From an uncultured Chlamydiae bacterium (GTDB taxonomy: Bacteria; Chlamydiota; Chlamydiia; Chlamydiales; Parachlamydiaceae): a stretch of 64,000 bases of DNA. Location: the NCBI GenBank assembly GCA_963754655.1, contig CAVWGN010000001.1, positions 1,088,001-1,152,000 of the forward strand. The letters run 5' to 3'. A program made the translations under genes and the position numbers. Shown piece after piece: positions 11,089 to 20,587 of the stretch (position 1 is the first letter of the stretch; every line of letters begins with the position of its first letter). Below the pieces are notes generated by a model. The model was not told the DNA's origin. It made no database searches and saw nothing but the letters and a program-made list of their open reading frames with translations.

Positions 11089-12549
11089 ATGAAAACAAAA
11101 TATTTAGTATGTGCATCAATATTCATGTTGACTCTGCTGATGAGTAGTCTATTTGCCAATTTGGATAATCAGGACGGAGGTTTAAGCTCAAAGAAGGTAG
11201 ACCTCTCTCAGCTTACTGGACGTGTCGTCACAGCCAACGATCCAGAATATAATGTTGATAGATTAAGCTGGAATTTATATTTTTCACGCTATCCATTGGC
11301 AATTGTCTTTGTTCAAAATAAACAAGATATTTTGAATGCATTAAATTTCTGCCGTGAAAACAAGATTACATTTCGCATTCGTGCAGGGGGTCATGCACTT
11401 GAAGGATGGTCTTCTTTAGACGGAGGAATCATCATTGATCTTAGAGAAATGAAGGGAATTAGAGTAGATCAAAAGAAACGCTTGGCGTTTGTACAACCAG
11501 GTGTGACGCAAGCTCAGGCTGTTGTTGCCTTGGGAGAACTGGGATTTGCAATACCTACTGGCCTCGAACAAACTCCAGGTATTGCTGGTGTTACATTGGG
11601 TGGAGGAATTGGGTTGTCGATTCGAGAGTTTGGATTGGCCTGCGATCATCTGGTAGAAGTAGAAATCATTCTCGCATCTGGAAAAATAGTGCGAGCAACG
11701 AAAGAAAATAAATATAAAGACCTCCTTTTTGCTTGTCAAGGTGGTGGTGGAGGCAACTTTGGTCTCGTAACTGAATTTGTCTACTCTGTCATTCCGCGAG
11801 GAGATGTTACCCTGTATCAGATTGCATATTCATATGAAACGTTAGAAACTGTGATCGACACTTGGCAACATTGGGCTCCTTTCCAAACCAAACGCTTGAA
11901 TAGCGTGTTAGAATTGTTTCCTGAAGCTGCAGCAAATCCTCGCATTAGTGGAGTCTTTTCTGGTTCTCAAACAGAATTATTGCAATTATTGGCACCTGTG
12001 TTGGCTATCCCAGGAAGTAATTTAACTGCCTTAGAGACAGTTCCTTATCCTGAATCATGGTTATTTTTTGCAGCTGATGTGAGCCCTCCTACAAATGATA
12101 AATTTTCATCAACATTTGCTTACAAACCCTTACCACCAGAAGCGATTCGTGTCATAAAAAATTCTCTGGATAATCCAGTAAATTTAAGAGCCAATTTTTT
12201 CTTTCTTGCTATGGGTGGAGTAATGAAAAAGATATCCAAGACGGCAACTCCATTTTGGAATAGAGACGCCTTATTTTATTTTGAATGGGATGAATCTTGG
12301 TCAAATGATGAGCCAGAGCAAGCAGGCCCAGCGTTCACATGGGTGGAAAACTTAAGATCTGCTTTAAGACCTTTTACTCAAGGAGCTTATGTTAATGTAC
12401 CAGATTTTGATATTCCAAATTGGGAAAAAGCATATTATGGAAAAAATTTTAAAAAATTGAAAAAAATCAAGACAAAATATGATCCGAATAATTTTTTCAC
12501 ATATGAACTCCAGGCAATTCCACCACAAGGCAAAGAAATAAGAAGATAA
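11089..12549 (+). CDS. Secreted FAD-linked oxidase (FAD_binding_4 + berberine-bridge-like C-terminus)
   Basis: Signal peptide, RAGGH flavinylation motif, GGGGGNFG, YVN...YYGKN...K.KYDPNNFF. Confidence 0.9.
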   Translation: MKTKYLVCASIFMLTLLMSSLFANLDNQDGGLSSKKVDLSQLTGRVVTANDPEYNVDRLSWNLYFSRYPLAIVFVQNKQDILNALNFCRENKITFRIRAGGHALEGWSSLDGGIIIDLREMKGIRVDQKKRLAFVQPGVTQAQAVVALGELGFAIPTGLEQTPGIAGVTLGGGIGLSIREFGLACDHLVEVEIILASGKIVRATKENKYKDLLFACQGGGGGNFGLVTEFVYSVIPRGDVTLYQIAYSYETLETVIDTWQHWAPFQTKRLNSVLELFPEAAANPRISGVFSGSQTELLQLLAPVLAIPGSNLTALETVPYPESWLFFAADVSPPTNDKFSSTFAYKPLPPEAIRVIKNSLDNPVNLRANFFFLAMGGVMKKISKTATPFWNRDALFYFEWDESWSNDEPEQAGPAFTWVENLRSALRPFTQGAYVNVPDFDIPNWEKAYYGKNFKKLKKIKTKYDPNNFFTYELQAIPPQGKEIRR

Positions 12550-12557
12550 AGAAAAAG

Positions 12558-12590
12558 AAATAGGTCTCACGAATCTGTTGAGACCTATTT
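12558..12590. terminator. Probable bidirectional intrinsic terminator
   Basis: AAATAGGTCTC...GAGACCTATTT stem between convergent genes. Confidence 0.6.
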
Positions 12591-12649
12591 TAAAATTAAG
12601 CTTTGCGTTGAGAAAAGCTAATGGATGACAAATGTACTGTTTTGTCAAA

Positions 12650-15022
12650 TTAATTTTTCATGCCATTTTGTTGGGGTAACGCTAAAGCTTTTTTAAACAT
12701 AGCTGCAGCTTCCTGGAATTTTCCTTCCTGGCTTAAAGTTTTGGCATAATGGCTGACAGTAAAAAGATCTTGTTGTCCCCCAGGTAGATCTAAGGCTTTT
12801 TTAAATTCCGCTGCAGCCTCCACGAGTTTCCCTTGTAAGCGTAAATTTTCGGCATGGCGGCTAACAAGGAAAGGATATTGCTGTGCATTGGTTAGAGCTA
12901 GAGCTTTTTTAAATTCAATTTCAGCTTCCTCGAATTTTTCTTGCTGGCTTAAAGTTTCGGCATAACTGCTGATAATGCTAAGATTTTGTTTTCCTTGAGG
13001 TAGAGCTAAAGCTTTTTTAAATTCAATTGCAGCTTCCTCGAATCTTTCTTGTCGGCGTAAATTCATTGCATAACTTATGACAGAGAAAAAATCTTGCTGT
13101 CCTTGAGGTAGAGCTAGAGCTTTTTTAAATTCAGCTTCAGCTTCCTTTAATTTTCCTTGTAGGCTTAAAATTTGCGCATAACCGCTGACAACTCCAAGAT
13201 CTTGTTGTCCTTGAGGTAAAGCTAAAGCTTTTTTAAATTCCGCTGTAGCCTCCTTAAATTTGCTTTGCCCACCTAAAGTTGCGGCATAACCGTTGACAGC
13301 GAAAGGAAATTGCTCTCCATGAGGTAAAGCTAAAGCTTTTTTAAATTCAATCGCAGCCTCTTCGAGTTTTCCTTGCTGGCGTAAAGTTTCCGCATAACCA
13401 CTGACAGGAAAAAGAGATTGCTGTCCATGAGGTAAAGCTAAAGCTTTTTTAAATTCAATTGCAGCTTCCTCGAGTTTTCCTTGCTGGCGTAAAGTTTCCG
13501 CATAACCACTGACAACGATAAGATCTTGTTGTGCTTGAGGTAGAGCTAGAGCTTTTTTAAATTCAGCTTCAGCCTTTTTGAGTTTTCCTTGTCGGCTTAA
13601 CGTTTCTGCATAACGGCTGATAGCGAAAAGATCGTGCTGTCCTTGAGGTAGATCTAGAGCTTTTTTAAATTCAGCTTCAGCCTCCTCTAATTTTCCTTGC
13701 TGAAGTAAATTTTCGGCATAAACCCTGATAGTGAAAAAATCTTCTTTTCCTGTATTCATCGCTAAAGCTCTTTTAAATTGAGCTTCAGCTTCCTTAAATT
13801 TTCTTTGCTGATATAACGTTACTGCATAACGACTGATAGTGAAAAAGTACTGTCCATTAGATAGTGCTAAAATTTTTTTAAATTCAGCTGCAGCTTCCTC
13901 GACTTTTCCTTGCTGACGTAGATTTTCGGCATAACGACTGGCAGTGAAAAAGTATTGCATTCCTTGAGCTAGAGCTAAAGCTCTTTTAAATTGAGCTTCA
14001 GCTTCCTTAAATTTTCCTTGCAGACGTAAATTTTCGGCATAACCACCAATAATGAAAGAATTTTCTTGTCCTTTAGGTAGAGCTAAAGCTCTTTTAAGCT
14101 CAACTTCAGCTTCTTGGAATTTTTCTTGCTGGTTTAAAATACGCGCATAACGCCCAATAGTAACACTATCGTGTTTTCCTTCAGGTAAAGCTAAGGCTTT
14201 TTTAAATTGAGCAACAGATTCCTCAATTTTTTTTTGTCGATATAAAGTTTCTGCATAACCACGGACAGTGAAAAAATCTTGTTGTCCATTAGGCAGAGCC
14301 AAAGCTTTTTTAAATTCAGTTGCAGCTTGCTCTAACCGTTTTTGCCGGCTTAACATGTCGGCGTAACGGCTGACAGTGAAAAGATCTTGCTTTCCCTGAG
14401 GTAGGTCCAAAGCTTTGTTAAATTGAGCTACAGCTCGCTTAAAGATTGCTTGTTGACTTAAAGTTGCAGCATAATGGCTGACAGTGAAAAAATGTTGGTT
14501 TCCATCAGGTAGAGCTAAAACTTTTTTAAATTCTGCTGCCGCCTTTTCAAGTTCCCCTTGCTGGCGTAACGTCTCAGCATAACGGCTAACAGTGAAAAGA
14601 TTTTCCTGTCCTTTAGGGAGAGCTAAAGCTTTTTTAAATTCAGTTGCAGCTTCCTCAAAATTTCCTTGCTGGCGCAACGTTTCGGCATAACGGCTGACAG
14701 TGAAAAGATCTTGCTGTCCGTGAGATAGGGCTAAAGCTTTTTTAAATTCAGCTTCAGCTTCCTGAAGTTTTCCTTGAAGGCGTAAAGTTTCAGCATAACG
14801 ACTGGTAGAGACAAGATTTTGCAGAGCCATGGCTTGTGTTTGTACTTGGAAAATTGTATTATTATTTAGAAGCTGATGGCGCTCTAATAAATTAGACCTG
14901 AATTCTTGAGAAGGTTGCTCTGTTTGATGATGTATTTTTTGTCTTTTTTTAGGAGGCTCAAAAGATATTTCATAATCATTTGAATTAAACCGTGGCGAAT
15001 TAACAAAAGAAATAGAGTTCAT
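12650..15022 (-). CDS. 36-aa TPR-like repeat protein (20 repeats) with N-terminal NLS-like motif
   Basis: Repeat DLFTVSRYAETLRQQGKLEEAAAEFKKALALPQGQQ; PPKKRQK near the N-terminus. Start moved to 15022 (MNSISF) by alignment with the paralog and an AAGG RBS. Confidence 0.85.
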   Translation of the reverse strand: MNSISFVNSPRFNSNDYEISFEPPKKRQKIHHQTEQPSQEFRSNLLERHQLLNNNTIFQVQTQAMALQNLVSTSRYAETLRLQGKLQEAEAEFKKALALSHGQQDLFTVSRYAETLRQQGNFEEAATEFKKALALPKGQENLFTVSRYAETLRQQGELEKAAAEFKKVLALPDGNQHFFTVSHYAATLSQQAIFKRAVAQFNKALDLPQGKQDLFTVSRYADMLSRQKRLEQAATEFKKALALPNGQQDFFTVRGYAETLYRQKKIEESVAQFKKALALPEGKHDSVTIGRYARILNQQEKFQEAEVELKRALALPKGQENSFIIGGYAENLRLQGKFKEAEAQFKRALALAQGMQYFFTASRYAENLRQQGKVEEAAAEFKKILALSNGQYFFTISRYAVTLYQQRKFKEAEAQFKRALAMNTGKEDFFTIRVYAENLLQQGKLEEAEAEFKKALDLPQGQHDLFAISRYAETLSRQGKLKKAEAEFKKALALPQAQQDLIVVSGYAETLRQQGKLEEAAIEFKKALALPHGQQSLFPVSGYAETLRQQGKLEEAAIEFKKALALPHGEQFPFAVNGYAATLGGQSKFKEATAEFKKALALPQGQQDLGVVSGYAQILSLQGKLKEAEAEFKKALALPQGQQDFFSVISYAMNLRRQERFEEAAIEFKKALALPQGKQNLSIISSYAETLSQQEKFEEAEIEFKKALALTNAQQYPFLVSRHAENLRLQGKLVEAAAEFKKALDLPGGQQDLFTVSHYAKTLSQEGKFQEAAAMFKKALALPQQNGMKN

Positions 15023-15154
15023 AACAAACCTTGTTAAGTTTTTTTTAGTGTCGTTTATTATAGTAAATTCATGCATTTCAATCTAGAGCTATTTAAATCA
15101 AAAAAAAGCCGCTTTTTTTAAATATATTTTATAATTATTTACTACTTTATTAGG

Positions 15155-15338
15155 TAGGCGTTTTTACTAAAAACATGCGACACTGGTAGCTCTTCAGGCT
15201 GAATAACATAACCTATTCATAACCAAAGCGTTGCTCTGTTAGTGTACTTTTAGACCTGCAATCTACTATTGCAAGCTGCGATTTACCGCATCAGTCTGAA
15301 GAGCTGCCAGTGTAAGGGATTTTAGTAAAAATACCTAC
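15155..15338. repeat. REP-like palindromic element on the axis of the inverted duplication
   Basis: TTTTTACTAAAA...CACTGGTAGCTCTTCAGGCTGA (15161-15202) is inverted at 15291-15331; same family as 4715-4780 and 61021-61080. Confidence 0.75.
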
Positions 15339-15477
15339 TTAATAAACTAGTAAATAATTATAAAATATATTTAAAACGCAAAAGCAATTTTTTTATTATT
15401 TAAATAACCCTAGATTGAAATGTGTAGATTCAATATAATACACAAACTTAATAAAAATTTGCTAAAAAGGTTTTGTT

Positions 15478-17739
15478 ATGAACTCTAATTCTTTTGTTAA
15501 TTCATCGCGTTTTAATTTAAATGTTTATGAAGAATCTCTTGAGCCTCCTACAAAAAGACAAAAAACACATCATCAAACAGAGCAACCTTCTCCAGAATTC
15601 AGGTCTAATTTATTAGAGCGCCATCAGCTTCTAGATAATACAATCTTCCAAGTACAAACACAGGCCTTGGCTCTGCAAAATCTTGTCTCTACCAGTCGTT
15701 ATGCTGAAACTTTACGCCTTCAAGGAAAACTTCAGGAAGCTGAAGCTGAATTTAAAAAAGCTTTAGCCCTATCTCAAGGACAGCCAAATCTTTTCACTGT
15801 CAGCCGTTATGCCGAAACACTACGCCAGCAAGGAAATTTTGAGGCAGCTGCAACTGAATTTAAAAAAGCTTTAGCTCTCCCTAAAGGACAGGAACATCTT
15901 TTCACTGTTAGCCGTTATGCCGAAACGTTACGTCAGCAAGGGGAACTCAAAAAGGCGGAAGCAGAATTTAAACAAGCTTTAGCTCTACCTGATGGAAGGC
16001 GGCATTTGTTCACTGTCAGCCATTATGCTGAAACTTTACGTCAACAAAAAGAATTCAAACTGGCTGTAGCTCAATTAAAAAAAGCTTTGGATCTACCTTA
16101 TGGACAGCAAGATCTTTTCACTGTCAGCCGTTACGCCGAAATATTACGCCGGCAACAACGGTTAGAGCAATCTGCAACTGAATTTGAAAAAGCTTTGGCT
16201 TTGCCTAATGGACAACAAGACTTTTTCACTGTCGGTGGTTATGCAGAAACTTTACGTCAGCAAAAAAAACTTGAGGAATCTGCTGCTCAATTTAAAAAAG
16301 CCTTAGCTCTACCTGAAGGAAAACAGGATAGTGGTACTATTAGTCGTTATGCGACTACTTTAAACCGACAAGGAAAATTCCAAGAAGCTGAAGTTGAATT
16401 TAAAAGAGCTTTAGCTCTATCTAAAGGGAAAAAAGATGTTATCACTATCAGCGGTTATGCCGAAAATTTACGTCAGCAAGGAAAATTGGAAGAAGCTGCA
16501 ACTGAATTTAAAAAAGCTTTAGCTCTACGTCTAGGAAATCAATACTTTTTCGTTACCAGCCGTTATGCATTAACGTTACACCAGCAAGGAAAATTGGAAG
16601 AAGCTGACGTTGAATTTAAAAGAGTTTTAGCTACGAATCCAGGAAAAAAAGATTTTTTCACTATCAGCAGGGTTTATGCCATAAATTTATTTAAGCAAAG
16701 AAAATTCGAGGAAGCTGCAGCGGAATTTAAAAAAGCTTTAGCTTTACCTCAAGGACAGCACGATCTTTTTGCCATCAGCATTTATGCCGAAACTTTAAAC
16801 ATGCAAGGAAAATTTGAAGAGGCTGCAACTGAATTTAATAAAGTCTTCGCTCTGCCTGGTGGACAGCAATGTCTTTTTGCCGTCAGCAATTATGCTAAAA
16901 ATTTACGCCTACGAGGAAAACTCGAAGAAGCGATAGATGAATTTAAAAAAGCTTTAGCTCTGCCTGGTGGACAGCAAGATCTTTTTGCTGTCAGCAATTA
17001 TGCCGAAACTTTACGCCTGCAAGGAAAATTTGAAGAAGCTGAAACTGAACTTAATAAAGCCTTAGCTTTGCCTGGCGGACAACAAAATCTTTTCACTGTT
17101 ACTCTTTATGCTGAAATTTTACGCCTACAAGAAAAATTCACAGAGGCTGCAATTGAATTTAATAAAGCCTTAGATTTGCCTGGTGGAAAGCAATACCTTT
17201 TCACTGTCAGTAGTTATGCTGAAAATTTACGTCTGCAAGGAAAACTCCAGGAAGCTGAAGCTGAATTTAAAAAAGCGTTAGATTTACCTTACGGACAGCA
17301 GCATTTTTTCGCTGTCAGTCGTTATGCCGCAACTTTATATGAACAAGGAAAATTTGAAAAGGCTGTTGTTGAATTTAAAAAAGCATTAGCTCTTCCTCAA
17401 GGCTATCAAGATTTTGCCACTATCGCTACTTATGCTGAAATTATACGCCAGCAAGGAAAATTCGCAAAAGCTGCAGCTGAATTTAAAAAAGCTTTAGCTC
17501 TACCTGTAAACGTAGAAATGCAGCCCTATCTTTTCGGTGTCAGCCACTATGCCGAAACGTTACGCCAACAAGGGAAACTCGAGGAGGCTGCGGCTCAATT
17601 TAAAAAAGCTTTAGCGTTACCTCAAGGACAAAAAGATCTTTTCGTTATCAAACGTTATAGCCAAACTTTAAGACAGCAAGGAAAATTCGAAGAGGCTGCA
17701 ATGGAATTTAAAAAAATTTTAGATCTGCAGAAAATTTAA
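15478..17739 (+). CDS. 36-aa TPR-like repeat protein (19 repeats), paralog of 12650-15022
   Basis: Near-identical N-terminus (PPTKRQK) and the same repeat consensus. Confidence 0.85.
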   Translation: MNSNSFVNSSRFNLNVYEESLEPPTKRQKTHHQTEQPSPEFRSNLLERHQLLDNTIFQVQTQALALQNLVSTSRYAETLRLQGKLQEAEAEFKKALALSQGQPNLFTVSRYAETLRQQGNFEAAATEFKKALALPKGQEHLFTVSRYAETLRQQGELKKAEAEFKQALALPDGRRHLFTVSHYAETLRQQKEFKLAVAQLKKALDLPYGQQDLFTVSRYAEILRRQQRLEQSATEFEKALALPNGQQDFFTVGGYAETLRQQKKLEESAAQFKKALALPEGKQDSGTISRYATTLNRQGKFQEAEVEFKRALALSKGKKDVITISGYAENLRQQGKLEEAATEFKKALALRLGNQYFFVTSRYALTLHQQGKLEEADVEFKRVLATNPGKKDFFTISRVYAINLFKQRKFEEAAAEFKKALALPQGQHDLFAISIYAETLNMQGKFEEAATEFNKVFALPGGQQCLFAVSNYAKNLRLRGKLEEAIDEFKKALALPGGQQDLFAVSNYAETLRLQGKFEEAETELNKALALPGGQQNLFTVTLYAEILRLQEKFTEAAIEFNKALDLPGGKQYLFTVSSYAENLRLQGKLQEAEAEFKKALDLPYGQQHFFAVSRYAATLYEQGKFEKAVVEFKKALALPQGYQDFATIATYAEIIRQQGKFAKAAAEFKKALALPVNVEMQPYLFGVSHYAETLRQQGKLEEAAAQFKKALALPQGQKDLFVIKRYSQTLRQQGKFEEAAMEFKKILDLQKI

Positions 17740-17803
17740 TTCCTTTCTTAACCTCCTTAATAAGCTTACTCAATGGCAAAGTACGCCGTAACAAACAATA
17801 AGT

Positions 17804-20428
17804 TTATAATGGAATTGAAAGAGAGAGGGTTACCCCTCTCTCGTTGCGATTTTGCACTTCAATTTTTCCTTGATGGATATTAAGAATAGCTTGCGCAATG
17901 CTAAAACCCAATTGCTCATTTTTATATTTAGGATCTAATAATTGAGAGGACTGATCGAGCATCTGCTCAAACAATTCTGGTTTAATGCGAGAGTCTTCAA
18001 TTGAAATCAAAATCTTAAAGTTCTTTTCTTCTTCTTGACCTTCTATTTGAATCGGACTCTGAGGAGAAGAATGGAAAATGATATAAAGGAGAAAATTTTT
18101 TAAAGCCTCTTTCATTAAACGTGGATCGAAATCAATGTAAATTGGAGCTTTTGGTAGAGATAATTGAATAGAATGGCCCTTTACAAATGGTTCGATTTCT
18201 TTCATACACTTCCCAATAAAATCTTGAATATTTTGCTTGCTCTTTTCCAATTTGACAAAGCCTGATTCTAACTCGACAAAGGACAGTAAGTTATCAATCA
18301 TGATTTGTAGATTTTGACTTGCTTGTTCAATAAGTTGAAGATGCTGTTGATATTCTCTATTGGGAAGCAAGAGATTAAGTTGCTCATAGGCTTTTAAAAT
18401 TTGATTTAAAGGCGTATAAAATTGACTGGAAACAGATTGAAGAAGAGAAACATGCAGTTTCTCAGTTTGTGCAATATATGCTTGATGGGCGATGCGCTCT
18501 TCAAATAAATAACGCTCTAAAGAAATTCCCATTTGTTGAGCCACTGTTTGAAGAAAATTCATTTCAGGAATAGAAAGGGAGCGATCTGTATGGGGAGTAT
18601 ATACAAGCACACCAACGGTGATTTGAGAATAGCGGATGGGAATATAGAGTCCCTTTACAGAAGGCAAGGTAGAGGTTGACCATCCTGCAATTTTGCCATT
18701 TTGCAAAACCCATTGAGCAACCGCTTGTTCTTTTTCTTGGTGAAGAAAAGATAATGGGCTATCAAAGACAAGTTGATTTTCCCCTTCTTTTTTTATCAGA
18801 ATATCAAACTGCCCATTGAAAATGGATTGAAGGCGAGAGGTCACATTCAATCTTAAAGAGTGATAGTCGCTTGCATTGGCAATTTCTCTTTCAATCTCAT
18901 AAAGATGCTGCAATTTATTCTCGCGTAATTTTAACACCTCATCTTGCTTATGAATGCGGCTTGTCAATACGCCAATGATGGCGGCGGTAAAAAAATAAAT
19001 CATGATAAGAGAATAATCTTCAGGATGTGTCGCTTTAAATGTAAAGGAGGTTGGGATAAAGAAGTAATTCCAGCTTAGTGTGCTTAAAATGGCTGCAAAA
19101 AAGATAGGGCCCTGTCCAACAAAAAAGCTAAGAAGTAAAATAGCCAAAAGAAAAATGAATCCTACTGCTCTATAGCCTATCAAGGGAAGCAATAAAAATC
19201 CCAAAACAGATATTCCGAAAATGGAAATAATAGAAATGGCATAGTAATAAAAAGAGCTGCGAGCAAAAGAAGAACGTATGGCTGTCGAAGGCTTGCTCAA
19301 TTTATTTTGTCGAAAAATCACAATATCCGCTTCTTTTGCTTCTTCTTCAAGTTGGTCGATTAAACTTTTTTGAAAAAAGCGCCATGTGCGATGAGAAGCA
19401 GACCGACCAATGATAAGTTGAGTAATATTTTTTAAATGTACAATACGCAATAAAGCTGTCGCAATATCATTATCATAAGTTGTGATCACTTCTGCTCCCA
19501 ATTCCTGTGCTAAATTGAGATGATTCGTTAAATGCGACTGTTCTTCATCTGAAAGGATGTTCCCTAAGTCTACATAAACAACAATCCAGGTCGCGTCTAA
19601 CTCAAAAGCTCGCCGTCGTGTTTTACGAATAAGCTGTTGAGAAAAAAGGCTAGAATCGATGGCGACCATTAATCTTTCACGAGTTTTCCATCCTTTACCT
19701 TTAGAAAGAATGGAGTGAAGATCATGATCGACTTTTTCAGCAGTAAAACGTAGCGCAATTTCTCTTAGAGCAGTTAAAGTATCTTCTTTAAAGAAATTTC
19801 TAGCTGCTACTTGAGATTGGTTGCCTAAATAAACCTTGCCTTCTCTTAAACGTTCGAGAAGCTCGGAAGGGGAAATGTCTACCAATTCAATTGTACTTGC
19901 CCGTTCTAAAATTAAATCAGGAACAGTTTCTCGAATTTGAATTCCAGCAAAACTTTCTACAAGATCTTTTCGACTTTCAACGTGTTGGACATTAAGTGTC
20001 GTATAGACATCGATACCGGCATCTAACAGTTCAATGACGTCTTGCCATCTCTTAAGATGGCGGGAACCAGGAACATTAGTATGGGCAAGCTCATCTACTA
20101 AAACAAGCGAGGGTTTTTGCGAAAGAATGATTTCTAGATCCATTTCTTCAAAAACCGTATCCTTATACTTGACCCATTTCTCTGGAATAATCGGAATCCC
20201 TTTAAGAAGATCCTCAGTTTCTTTCCTTCCATGAGTATTAATCGTTCCGATAATGACTTGGACACCTTCTTTTAGGCGCCTTTTTGCTTCCTTAAGCATT
20301 GCATAGGTTTTGCCAACACCTGCAGACATCCCAAAAAAAATCTTGAGCTTGCCAAGACTTTGCTTATGTTCTTCTTTCTGGACCGCCTTTAAAAGCTCAT
20401 CCGGATCGGGTTGATATTCCTCTATCAT
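17804..20428 (-). CDS. kdpD: KdpD sensor with degenerate kinase core
   Basis: GMSAGVGKTYAML, LVDELAHTN, RWQDV, Usp, 4 TM and GAF regions. H-box reads SVSSQFYTPL, with no His. Confidence 0.9.
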   Translation of the reverse strand: MIEEYQPDPDELLKAVQKEEHKQSLGKLKIFFGMSAGVGKTYAMLKEAKRRLKEGVQVIIGTINTHGRKETEDLLKGIPIIPEKWVKYKDTVFEEMDLEIILSQKPSLVLVDELAHTNVPGSRHLKRWQDVIELLDAGIDVYTTLNVQHVESRKDLVESFAGIQIRETVPDLILERASTIELVDISPSELLERLREGKVYLGNQSQVAARNFFKEDTLTALREIALRFTAEKVDHDLHSILSKGKGWKTRERLMVAIDSSLFSQQLIRKTRRRAFELDATWIVVYVDLGNILSDEEQSHLTNHLNLAQELGAEVITTYDNDIATALLRIVHLKNITQLIIGRSASHRTWRFFQKSLIDQLEEEAKEADIVIFRQNKLSKPSTAIRSSFARSSFYYYAISIISIFGISVLGFLLLPLIGYRAVGFIFLLAILLLSFFVGQGPIFFAAILSTLSWNYFFIPTSFTFKATHPEDYSLIMIYFFTAAIIGVLTSRIHKQDEVLKLRENKLQHLYEIEREIANASDYHSLRLNVTSRLQSIFNGQFDILIKKEGENQLVFDSPLSFLHQEKEQAVAQWVLQNGKIAGWSTSTLPSVKGLYIPIRYSQITVGVLVYTPHTDRSLSIPEMNFLQTVAQQMGISLERYLFEERIAHQAYIAQTEKLHVSLLQSVSSQFYTPLNQILKAYEQLNLLLPNREYQQHLQLIEQASQNLQIMIDNLLSFVELESGFVKLEKSKQNIQDFIGKCMKEIEPFVKGHSIQLSLPKAPIYIDFDPRLMKEALKNFLLYIIFHSSPQSPIQIEGQEEEKNFKILISIEDSRIKPELFEQMLDQSSQLLDPKYKNEQLGFSIAQAILNIHQGKIEVQNRNERGVTLSLSIPL

Positions 20429-20514
20429 GGCTGCTTTTGAGTTGGGAATTGCTGATCTAACTGGATGTTTAATAATGTCATTGCAAGAAAAAATTTGCAG
20501 CCTGTCCAGAACAT
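20425..20514 (-). pseudogene. kdpC: Internally deleted kdpC remnant (29 aa)
   Basis: AGAGG RBS then MFWTGCKFFLAMTLLNIQLDQQFPTQKQP*: KdpC-like N-terminal helix joined to the KdpC C-terminal LLN.xLD motif. ATGA overlap with kdpD, at the position expected for kdpC. Confidence 0.65.
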
Positions 20515-20587
20515 GTGACCTCTTAGCAGATATTGAGAGATTGTTTTCAAATGACTAAGCATTTAGCGATTTGAAAACATTTCTATG

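Noticed and set aside
12650..17739. 108-bp periodic DNA as a CRISPR array or true TALE
   Set aside because: Repeats are in-frame coding units with no unique spacers and no cas genes; they lack the TALE LTP.QVVAIAS consensus and fit TPR spacing.
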